A DNA stretch of 64,000 bases from an uncultured Bacteroidaceae bacterium (GTDB taxonomy: Bacteria > Bacillota > Clostridia > Christensenellales > CAG-917), in NCBI GenBank assembly GCA_964637515.1, contig CAZWUI010000001.1, positions 45,739 to 109,738 on the forward strand, in the 5' to 3' direction. Under the pieces are notes generated by a model that had not been told where the DNA came from, ran no database searches, and saw nothing but the letters and a program-made list of their open reading frames with translations. A program made the translations under genes and the position numbers. The stretch's first letter is position 1, and each line of letters starts with the position of its first letter. Positions 1 through 7,503 of this stretch are shown here, piece after piece.

Positions 1-19
1 GTGTGTGTCGATGAGCATA

Positions 20-1957
20 CTATCTGACGGTTGCGCCCGACGGCACTTTCTTTTCGGGAGATACCAGCACGACTTGGTCGTCCGTGCAAGCGCAAAGGAG
101 CATACCCTGACTTTCGATTCCGCAGAGTTTTGCGGGTTTCAAGTTGCTGACTACGACGACTTGTTTGCCGAGCATTTCTTCGGGAGTGTAGTATTGTGCG
201 ATACCGCTGACGATAGTGCGGGTTTCCTCCCCTATTTTCACGGAGAATTTGAGAAGTTTTTTTGCTTTTTGGACTTTTTCCGCCTCGACGATTTCCCCAA
301 CTCTCAACTGCACTTTTGCAAAGTCTTCGATACCGATTTCGGAAATTTCGACGACGTTTTCGGGTTTCTTCTCTTCCTTGGGTTTTCTTGCATCGTACAT
401 TGCCTGAACCTTTTCGTTGACTTCTTTTGCGTCAAATCTATGGAAAAGGATTTCGGGGGTTTCGGTGACTTTAGTCCCATTCGGGAGAAGTCCGAAAGTG
501 TCGAGCGTATCGAACTTGCGTGCGGATGCGTTAAATTCCGCATAGACCTTTTTCGCAGTTTCGGGAATGAAGCATTCGAGCATACTCGTACCCATGAGAA
601 TAGTTTCTGCAAGGTTGTAAAGCACTGTTGCCAGTCTATCTTGTTTGGTTTCGTCCTTTGCGAGCGCCCAAGGCATAGTTTCATCAACGTACTTATTTGC
701 TCTGCGGAACACGCCGATGATTTCGGAGAGTGCATCTGCGACCTTATATTCGTCCACTTTCGCACAAACTTTCTTGTATGCGGAAGTTGCGACTTCTTTG
801 AGTTCGTCGTCGACGGGTTCGCTAACGTTCTTGTTTTCAAGGACTCCCCCGAAATACTTGTTCGCCATTGCGAGCGTGCGATTGACGAGATTGCCGAATA
901 CGTTTGCAAGTTCACCGTTCACGGTGTCCGTCACCATATCCCAACCGATGAGTCCGTCGTTTTCTTGTGGCATTTGCGCAAGAAGGAAGTATCTCACCGC
1001 GTCCACGCCGTAGATAGACACAAGGTCGTCTGCGTAGATGACGTTGCCTTTGCTCTTCGACATTTTTCCGCCGTCCTGCAAAAGCCAAGGATGACCGAAA
1101 ACTTGTTTGGGAAGCGGTTCACCGAGTGCCATAAGGAAGATAGGCCAATAGATCGTGTGGAAACGCACGATATCTTTGCCGATGACGTGCACGTCCGCGG
1201 GCCAATACTTACCGTAAAGCTCACCGTGGTTGCCGTCCGCATCGTAGCCAAGACCGGTGATATAGTTGGTGAGTGCATCAAGCCATACGTAGACGACGTG
1301 TTTGTCGTCAAAACTGACGGGGATACCCCATTTGAAAGAGGTACGCGACACGCACAAATCTTGAAGACCGGGTTTCAAGAAGTTGTTTACCATTTCGTTC
1401 TTTCTTGACACGGGAACGATAAAATCAGGGTGTTCATCGTAATATTTGAGCAGTTTATCTGCATATTTGGACATTTTGAAGAAGTACGCTTCTTCTTCCG
1501 CTACGTGAACTTCGCGACCGCAGTCGGGGCATTTGCCGTTCACGAGTTGGCTTTCGGTCAGGAAGGATTCGCAGGGAGTGCAGTACCAACCCTTGTATGA
1601 GCCTTTGTATATATCGCCTTGGTCGTAAAGACGTTTGAAGATTTTTTGGACTTGCTTTTCGTGGTCCGTATCGGTGGTGCGGATGAATTTGTCGTAAGAG
1701 ATATTCATCATATCCCATATGGATTTGATTTCTCCTGCGACTCCGTCGACGAATTGTTTGGGAGTGGTGTCTGCCGCCGCCGCTTTCAACTCAATTTTTT
1801 CACCGTGCTCGTCGGTGCCCGTTTGAAAGCGCACGTCGTAACCTTGCGCACGTTTGAAGCGTGCAAGAAAATCGGTCAAAACGATTTCATACACGTTGCC
1901 GATATGGGGTTTGCCCGAAGTGTAGGCTATTGCGGTTGTAACGTAATATTTTTCCAT
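20..1957 (-). CDS. metG: methionine--tRNA ligase with C-terminal tRNA-binding (EMAP/Trbp111-like) domain
   Basis: Translation of ORF 20..1990 shows the class I aaRS HIGH-type motif (KPHIGNVYE), KMSKS (GGKMSKSKGN) and Zn knuckles (CTPCE..CPDCG). The C-terminal tRNA-binding domain is present (VVSNLKPAKLCGIESQGMLL). Start moved to ATG 1957 (MEKYYVTT, SD GAGAGGTG just upstream) instead of the track's GTG at 1990. Confidence 0.95.
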   Translation of the reverse strand: MEKYYVTTAIAYTSGKPHIGNVYEIVLTDFLARFKRAQGYDVRFQTGTDEHGEKIELKAAAADTTPKQFVDGVAGEIKSIWDMMNISYDKFIRTTDTDHEKQVQKIFKRLYDQGDIYKGSYKGWYCTPCESFLTESQLVNGKCPDCGREVHVAEEEAYFFKMSKYADKLLKYYDEHPDFIVPVSRKNEMVNNFLKPGLQDLCVSRTSFKWGIPVSFDDKHVVYVWLDALTNYITGLGYDADGNHGELYGKYWPADVHVIGKDIVRFHTIYWPIFLMALGEPLPKQVFGHPWLLQDGGKMSKSKGNVIYADDLVSIYGVDAVRYFLLAQMPQENDGLIGWDMVTDTVNGELANVFGNLVNRTLAMANKYFGGVLENKNVSEPVDDELKEVATSAYKKVCAKVDEYKVADALSEIIGVFRRANKYVDETMPWALAKDETKQDRLATVLYNLAETILMGTSMLECFIPETAKKVYAEFNASARKFDTLDTFGLLPNGTKVTETPEILFHRFDAKEVNEKVQAMYDARKPKEEKKPENVVEISEIGIEDFAKVQLRVGEIVEAEKVQKAKKLLKFSVKIGEETRTIVSGIAQYYTPEEMLGKQVVVVSNLKPAKLCGIESQGMLLCACTDDQVVLVSPEKKVPSGATVR

Positions 1958-2075
1958 ATTCACCTCTCGAAAGACGAATGAGTCTTTCACGTAATAGTAT
2001 ATAGATTATACAACTTATAAAGGGTTTTGTAAACAAAAAGCGCATTATCCCGCTCTATAGGACGTAAAATATGGC

Positions 2076-2630
2076 GTGAATACCGCATTTTCTTTGATAG
2101 CAATAGTATCTCTCGTCGCACTAATCGTCATATCCCCCGAAAAAGCGTTTCCGACGATGATAGACGGAGTGCAGGGCGCAGTGCAACTCGTGATAAAACT
2201 CACCGCAGTATACGCAGTGTGGTTGTCCGTCTTGAAAATGGCGGAAAAATCCGGACTCGACAAAAAATTATCCGGCATGCTCCGACCTATTGTCAAAAGA
2301 ATATTCAAGGGTGAGAGCGAGAGCGCATACGAGCGCATCTCCGTAAACCTTGCATCTAACGTGCTTGGTATGGGCGGTGCGGCTACCCCCGCAGGAATGG
2401 ACGCTATGGCACTCATGCAGGACGGCAGTGAATACGCAACAGACAATATGATTATGCTTCTCATCATCAATGCGACTAGCATACAACTAATACCCGCGAC
2501 CGTGGTTGCACTGCGCGCAGCGGCAGGGAGCGAAACCGCCGGGGATATAATTCTGCCAACTCTCATATCATCGTCAATCGCAACGGTCGTCGGAATGATA
2601 CTATGCAAAGTATTCCAAAAGAAAAAATGA
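2076..2630 (+). CDS. spmA: spore maturation protein A (nucleoside-recognition/Gate-domain membrane protein)
   Basis: 184-aa polytopic protein that aligns by eye with B. subtilis SpmA (LKMAEKSGL, NVLGMGGAATPAGMDAM, SIQLIPATVVALR). GTG start without a strong SD, so the 5' end is uncertain. Confidence 0.8.
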   Translation: MNTAFSLIAIVSLVALIVISPEKAFPTMIDGVQGAVQLVIKLTAVYAVWLSVLKMAEKSGLDKKLSGMLRPIVKRIFKGESESAYERISVNLASNVLGMGGAATPAGMDAMALMQDGSEYATDNMIMLLIINATSIQLIPATVVALRAAAGSETAGDIILPTLISSSIATVVGMILCKVFQKKK

Positions 2631-3133
2631 GCGCATACCTTCTCCCCGTGCTTATCCTACTCGTCGTCGCATATTGCCTTGTCAAGCGGATAAAAATCTA
2701 CGACTGTTTTCTGGACGGCGCAAAAGAAAGTCTATCTCTTGTGGGGACCATATTCCCCTATATCGCAACCGTATTCATCGCAATAGAGTTATTCAAGGCA
2801 AGCGGACTGTCTGCAATGGTTGCAAACCTTCTCAAAACACCACTATCCTATCTCGGCATACCGTCCGAAGTCGCGGAGTTGCTACTTCTCGTTCCAATCA
2901 GCGGAAACGGCACGACCGCACTTTTGGAGCGCATCGTAAACGACTACGGAGCAGATAGTTATATCTCTCGATGTGCATCCGTCATAGCGGGCGGAACTGA
3001 AACAATATTCTACATATCGGCAGTTTATCTGTCAAAAACGAAAGCTAAACACTTGAAACGTGCAATTCCCATTTCGTTATTCTGCACTCTACTCGGCGCA
3101 GTCGTGGGGTGTGCGCTTTGCAGAATTATGTGA
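2627..3133 (+). CDS. spmB: spore maturation protein B
   Basis: MSAYLLPVL...; SpmB-like blocks (VPISGNGTTALL, GGTETIFYISAVY). ATG 2627 overlaps the spmA stop (ATGA), the usual spmA-spmB coupling. The track start at 2603 lies inside spmA and was rejected. Confidence 0.8.
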   Translation: MSAYLLPVLILLVVAYCLVKRIKIYDCFLDGAKESLSLVGTIFPYIATVFIAIELFKASGLSAMVANLLKTPLSYLGIPSEVAELLLLVPISGNGTTALLERIVNDYGADSYISRCASVIAGGTETIFYISAVYLSKTKAKHLKRAIPISLFCTLLGAVVGCALCRIM

Positions 3134-3280
3134 AAAAACAAAAATCATAAGTGGTTGAAAGTGGCAAAAATAAGCGGATATAAACTCACAAAATCAACCG
3201 ACAAAAACAACAAAACAAAGGGGAAAAACAAGACGGACGGACAACACAAGGCAACGAAACATGCCAATGCAAAAGCACAA

Positions 3281-3318
3281 AAAAACGACGGCAACGCTCA
3301 TTATGCCGTCGTTTTTTC
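3281..3318. terminator. bidirectional rho-independent terminator between convergent spmB and XRE/cupin gene
   Basis: Stem acgacggca (3285-3293) pairs with tgccgtcgt (3304-3312). It is flanked by an A-run upstream and a T-run (3312-3317) downstream. Confidence 0.6.
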
Positions 3319-3357
3319 GATTGATTAAGTTGATGACTCCGTGAGAGAAAACGAAAA

Positions 3358-3903
3358 TCACTCGTTGATTATGGTCAAGAATTTTGCCTCTTTTCCGCCC
3401 ATTGCAAGTTGCGCATGTGGCAATTCGGGATTGAAGTAAAGACTGTCCCCCGCTCTCAAGAAGTAGTCGTTATCTCCGACGATAACTCTCAATTCACCTT
3501 CGAGAACGTAGTTGAATTCCTGTCCGCCGTGCGCGACGAGTTCAGGCGTGTCCGACGGGGAAATCGTGACTAGCATGGGATTCATCGTCTTTTGTTTGAA
3601 GTCCCACGCAAGGGATGAAAAGGAATAACCTTCATATCTCTTCACGGACATTCCGTTGCCGTCGTAGACGACCTGCGCCGTGTTTGTGGACGGCATCTTG
3701 CCCGTCATAACGTAGGCGGGCTCGGTGTCGAGAACGGACGCAAAACGGTAGATTACGTTGATCGGTGCTTCCAACTCACCGCTCTCGTAAGATATATATT
3801 CTTTCTCGTCTATGCCGAGTTTGTCCGCCATTTCGGCGGTGGAATAGTCAGAGAAAGTGCGCAATTCGACAAGTCGTTTTGCGACTTCGTTGTTTACGCT
3901 CAT
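3358..3903 (-). CDS. XRE-family HTH transcriptional regulator with C-terminal cupin domain
   Basis: N-terminal HTH_3-like segment (VAKRLVELRTFSDYSTAEMADKLGIDEKEYISYESG). C-terminal cupin (HGGQEFNYVLEGELRVIVGD..GDSLYFNPELPH). SD GGAGG lies 6 nt before ATG 3903. Confidence 0.85.
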   Translation of the reverse strand: MSVNNEVAKRLVELRTFSDYSTAEMADKLGIDEKEYISYESGELEAPINVIYRFASVLDTEPAYVMTGKMPSTNTAQVVYDGNGMSVKRYEGYSFSSLAWDFKQKTMNPMLVTISPSDTPELVAHGGQEFNYVLEGELRVIVGDNDYFLRAGDSLYFNPELPHAQLAMGGKEAKFLTIINE

Positions 3904-3915
3904 CGTAGCCTCCGA

Positions 3916-4119
3916 TTATTTGCCGATAGTTTCGTTGAGGTCCTTCAAGAGTTTGTCGATATCAACGCCGTGCACGACTGCGATGTCACCTACGGTTTCT
4001 TGATGCGCGAATGCGCAACCAAGACAGTGAAGTCCTGCGTCTTGAAGAATTTTTGCGACCATTTCGGGATTGCCGATTTGGATTGCGTCGATGATGAGAG
4101 TGTCCTTTGTGATTTGCAT
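3916..4119 (-). CDS. DUF1858 / hybrid-cluster-protein-associated redox-disulfide-type small protein
   Basis: 67 aa, MQITKDTLIIDAIQIGNPEMVAKILQDAGLHCLGCAFAHQETVGDIAVVHGVDIDKLLKDLN; the GxHCxGC core is typical of DUF1858. Start set at ATG 4119 with SD GGAGGT; the track's 4188 start overlaps the upstream gene. Confidence 0.75.
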   Translation of the reverse strand: MQITKDTLIIDAIQIGNPEMVAKILQDAGLHCLGCAFAHQETVGDIAVVHGVDIDKLLKDLNETIGK

Positions 4120-4130
4120 ATTTACCTCCG

Positions 4131-5189
4131 TTAGCCTATATAGCCTAAATAAAATAGTATTGCCGTGATTATTCCTGCGAGTGCGCACAGTCCAAGCAAA
4201 ACTGCACTACACACGCGCGGGACGGACTTGGGGTATTTGCCCGTCGATTTACCCGTCCTACCATTGACGATGAAGCGGTAGTTTTTGTCCTTATACTTGT
4301 AACCGCACACCCAGAGCGGAAGGAGTGTATGATTGAATGCAACCGTCGGATATTCGGTGTCGACGTGCAATTCGCCGACGACGTCGTAGGTGTACTTTGC
4401 GAGAATTTCGGAGCGGATTTTTTTGTCCATTTGGGATTTGGCAACCCCGAAACAGTCCTCTATATCCGTGTCGTATCTCTCTGCATAGAATCCCGCAAGG
4501 TATTCCGCCTGATACCCTTCCGAATTTTCGGTATCGTAGGGAAGAATTGCATTGAGTTCTTTTTGTTCGAGCAGTTTGCTTGCCTCGACAAGCACGTCCG
4601 AGAAAAAGCGCGTATGCGTACCGCTGATACTAAACCATCTGATACGCCTTTCCCGTCTTGTTTCCTTGCCGACCTTGACGGTCACGTAGTAGTATTCCCC
4701 AAGTCGACCGTGATAATGACTGATAGTGTCCGACGAAAACGAGAAAGACGGAAAATACGTACCGCTGAAATTATCCGCTTTGAAGTCCTTTTTGATTTTC
4801 GACGGAGCAAATAACTTCTTTTTTATCCAATGCTTGCCCGCCTCAAACGCCTCTTTCTTCGAGTATGCAACGGGAAGAATGGCATCGGGGCGCAGTCCGT
4901 GGATATTTTCGCGTTTTACGATATTGGTTGCGTTGCAAAAGGGGCATTTTGTGGTCGTTGCGAAGTTTTCGACGACGACTTCTCCCCCGCAATTCGGGCA
5001 TTTATACACGTCGCGCACGTCCACTACGTCGCAGAGATTCTTCTCTTTGTAGTAGTTGCGCTTGCCGACGGACAGTTTATTTATGCGTTTGACAGATTCG
5101 CAATACGGGCAATAGAGTGCCGCCCTTTCGGGAGAATACACCATATCCGCACCGCAACCGTCGCATTTTACAACGCTAACACCTGACAT
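4131..5189 (-). CDS. double zinc-ribbon protein with C-terminal transmembrane anchor (YdjG-like)
   Basis: Two CxxC..CxxC ribbons (CDGCG..CPYC; CPNCGG..CPFC) and a C-terminal TM helix (VCSAVLLGLCALAGIITAILFYL). ATG 5189 lies 1 nt after the stop of the SPFH gene, indicating translational coupling. Confidence 0.6.
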   Translation of the reverse strand: MSGVSVVKCDGCGADMVYSPERAALYCPYCESVKRINKLSVGKRNYYKEKNLCDVVDVRDVYKCPNCGGEVVVENFATTTKCPFCNATNIVKRENIHGLRPDAILPVAYSKKEAFEAGKHWIKKKLFAPSKIKKDFKADNFSGTYFPSFSFSSDTISHYHGRLGEYYYVTVKVGKETRRERRIRWFSISGTHTRFFSDVLVEASKLLEQKELNAILPYDTENSEGYQAEYLAGFYAERYDTDIEDCFGVAKSQMDKKIRSEILAKYTYDVVGELHVDTEYPTVAFNHTLLPLWVCGYKYKDKNYRFIVNGRTGKSTGKYPKSVPRVCSAVLLGLCALAGIITAILFYLGYIG

Positions 5190-5190
5190 A

Positions 5191-6315
5191 TCACTTTATT
5201 TTCGCACCGCAGTTGGGGCAGAATTTCGTACCTGCTTTGACACTTGCGCTGCATTTAGGGCAAGTTGCAACGAGCGATTGACCGCATTCCGTGCAGAATT
5301 TGGAGCCGTCTTTGACGCTCGCACCGCATTTAGGACAACTAATCGTGCCGGCGACGCTCACTTTTTCGCCGCATTCGGGGCAGAATTTTGCCTTTGCGGA
5401 TATTTCTTTTCCGCATTTTGCGCACTTGATTTTGCTTTCGGCGGGTTTTGAAATCTCGTCGATGTTCGCTGCAAATCCTGCGCCTACCCTTGCGCCTGCG
5501 CCAAGTCCTACGCCCATAGCGGCAAACGAACCGCCTGCGCCGGGATTTTTCGCTGCATCGCGCATTGCTCCGACGGATTCGTATTGTGCGTATTCGGACA
5601 TTTTGTCCCCAAACACACCCAGAGTCGTGCGTTTGTCCATTGCCTGTTCGACTGCTTCGGGCAGTTTCAAATTCTTGATGATGATTTCATCAACCGCAAG
5701 ACCGAGTTTTCCGAACTTCTCACACGCTTTGTCGCGCGCCGTATCGCCAAGTTCACGATAGTTTGCGGCAAGTTCAAGCGCGGGAATTTCGCATTCTCCC
5801 ATGAGGTCGGTGATTTCCATCAACACGATGCTCTTGAGATAACTCGTGATTTCGTAGGTCGTGCATGCCTTGACAGTGCCAAAACACTCTTTCATGAAAA
5901 TTTCGGGGTTGCACACGTGGAAGGAATATTCGCCGTGGCCCGAAATTCTGACCATGCCGAAGTCCTTATCTCTCATCATAATGGGATTGGCGGTGCCCCA
6001 CTTCAAACCCACGAATTGTTTGAGATTGACGAAGTATATATCGCATTTGCGTGGCATTTCAAAGTCGTATTTCCACGATGCGATTTTGGACAATATGGGA
6101 AGGTTTTTGGTTTCAAGGTCCCATCTGCCCGCAGTGAAAACGTCCGCAATTTGCCCTTCGTGAACAAAGATAGCCGCTTGCGACTCTCTGACGATAAGTT
6201 GAGAGCCTTGCATAATCTCGTAGCGGTCGGGACACTCGAATTTATAGACCATATCGTTGCTGCCTGCGTCCGTCCATTCTACGACTTTGAGCAAATTTTT
6301 TCTGATGAATCCCAT
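5191..6315 (-). CDS. SPFH/band-7 superfamily protein, YdjI-like, with triple C-terminal zinc ribbons
   Basis: N-terminus MGFIRKNLLKVVEWTDAGSNDMVYKF..IVRESQAAIFVHEGQ..YFVNLKQF.. matches the B. subtilis YdjI family by eye. The tail carries three CxxC-x(10-12)-CxxC ribbons (CAKCG..CPECG, CPKCG..CTECG, CPKCS..CPNCG). Start ATG 6315 with SD GGAGG; the track's TTG 6327 was rejected. Confidence 0.8.
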   Translation of the reverse strand: MGFIRKNLLKVVEWTDAGSNDMVYKFECPDRYEIMQGSQLIVRESQAAIFVHEGQIADVFTAGRWDLETKNLPILSKIASWKYDFEMPRKCDIYFVNLKQFVGLKWGTANPIMMRDKDFGMVRISGHGEYSFHVCNPEIFMKECFGTVKACTTYEITSYLKSIVLMEITDLMGECEIPALELAANYRELGDTARDKACEKFGKLGLAVDEIIIKNLKLPEAVEQAMDKRTTLGVFGDKMSEYAQYESVGAMRDAAKNPGAGGSFAAMGVGLGAGARVGAGFAANIDEISKPAESKIKCAKCGKEISAKAKFCPECGEKVSVAGTISCPKCGASVKDGSKFCTECGQSLVATCPKCSASVKAGTKFCPNCGAKIK

Positions 6316-6382
6316 AGCATCCTCCAAATTATTTTCTAAATTCTATTATATCATTCCTATTCGATTATTTCAAGAGAGTTGC

Positions 6383-7426
6383 CTACAATTTTACGGACAC
6401 CAACAACATAAGTATGGGTATGGTCACGATTGAGAACAACGTGGACAACAAAATCGAATTAGCGGCGGTTTTTTGATCCGCACCGTAAAGTTCCGCAAGG
6501 TTCAAGTTGACGGATGCGGACGGCATTCCGCAAAGTATGACGAGAGTCGCAAAAAGCAACGGATCGAGATCAAACGGATATAGCACCGCAAACACGAGAA
6601 TGGGGAAAATCAAAGTCTTTATGAGAGTGGATACGTAGATTTTCCAATCCGTGAACAATTCGTGCATAGGCGCAACCGCAAAACGCATGCCGAGCACTAT
6701 CATACAAAGGGGCGTCGTCATGTTCGCAAGATAGCCTATGACTGTGACCACGACGTCGGGAAGATCTCCGAGCGTAACCCCCGAAAAATAGAGCGGAAGC
6801 GCAACGAAAAGCGTGAGTACGGGCGGATTGACGAACGCCTTTTTCAAGGACATGTATTTCTTGTTGCCCGTCAGGACGTACGAACCGACCGACCAACACA
6901 TGACGTTCATCGTCACGATCATGATTGCGGAATAAATCACCGCTTCGGGATGGTCGGGGAAAAGAAATTGCAGGATCGGAACGCCGAAAAAGCCTACATT
7001 GCCAAAGGTGGACACGCACACCATAACGCGATATGCCCTACCCCTTCTCGTATTTACGATTTGGAGTTTGAGACCTTCGTCGTTGGTGAACGCACTGCCG
7101 TCGAGAAAGCCTTCTTCTTGCAGGTGTTCGGTGATTTCGGGTTCGTCGAATTTCTTTTTGAGAACGAGCCAAAGCACGCCGAAAATCAATCCCTGTGCGA
7201 TGATCGAAAAGCCAAAAACTATGCCGATATTGACGAGCATATCCCGTGAATATTGCACTTTCAAGAATGATTGCAGGGATAGAAAAGGTTGACTGACGTA
7301 CAAAAGGACGGCGGAGAAAAACGCCATAGCGGTCGGCTTGACAAGTTTGACTTTCATCAAAATGAAGCCCGGAATTGCCATTGCGACAAGAAGTAATACG
7401 TTTATAGCCGTGGTTGCAAAATTCAT
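6383..7426 (-). CDS. AEC-family (auxin efflux carrier-like) membrane transporter
   Basis: 347 aa with about 10 hydrophobic helices in two halves separated by a charged central loop (KKKFDEPEITEHLQEEG..). This is the typical Mem_trans layout. Confidence 0.8.
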   Translation of the reverse strand: MNFATTAINVLLLVAMAIPGFILMKVKLVKPTAMAFFSAVLLYVSQPFLSLQSFLKVQYSRDMLVNIGIVFGFSIIAQGLIFGVLWLVLKKKFDEPEITEHLQEEGFLDGSAFTNDEGLKLQIVNTRRGRAYRVMVCVSTFGNVGFFGVPILQFLFPDHPEAVIYSAIMIVTMNVMCWSVGSYVLTGNKKYMSLKKAFVNPPVLTLFVALPLYFSGVTLGDLPDVVVTVIGYLANMTTPLCMIVLGMRFAVAPMHELFTDWKIYVSTLIKTLIFPILVFAVLYPFDLDPLLFATLVILCGMPSASVNLNLAELYGADQKTAANSILLSTLFSIVTIPILMLLVSVKL

Positions 7427-7460
7427 ATCCGCCGCCGAAAATTAGTTTGATTATAAGTTA

Positions 7461-7484
7461 GTGGAGACGCTTTCGCGTCTCCAC
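7461..7484 (-). terminator. perfect 10-bp hairpin with GAAA tetraloop 20 nt after the giant-gene stop (terminator or processing/stabiliser hairpin)
   Basis: Minus-strand reading is gtggagacgc-GAAA-gcgtctccac. It is followed by taacTTATAATc rather than a U-tract, so termination may be partial. The TATAAT (7450-7455) could serve the AEC gene. Confidence 0.5.
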
Positions 7485-7503
7485 TTGCTTATTGAGTTGT
7501 TTT

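Noticed and set aside
5-1408. 467-aa '+' ORF opposite metG, and similar antisense ORFs 5584..6339, 35269..35736, 38147..38845, 45634..46623, 47972..48826, 50868..51443 and 60981..62873.
   Set aside because: These show the same codon-aligned antisense shadow effect, opposite genes whose products carry unambiguous family motifs.
1958-2075. T-box leader upstream of metG.
   Set aside because: Only 118 nt are available, shared with the divergent spmA promoter. There is no T-box consensus-like sequence and no terminator/antiterminator pair.
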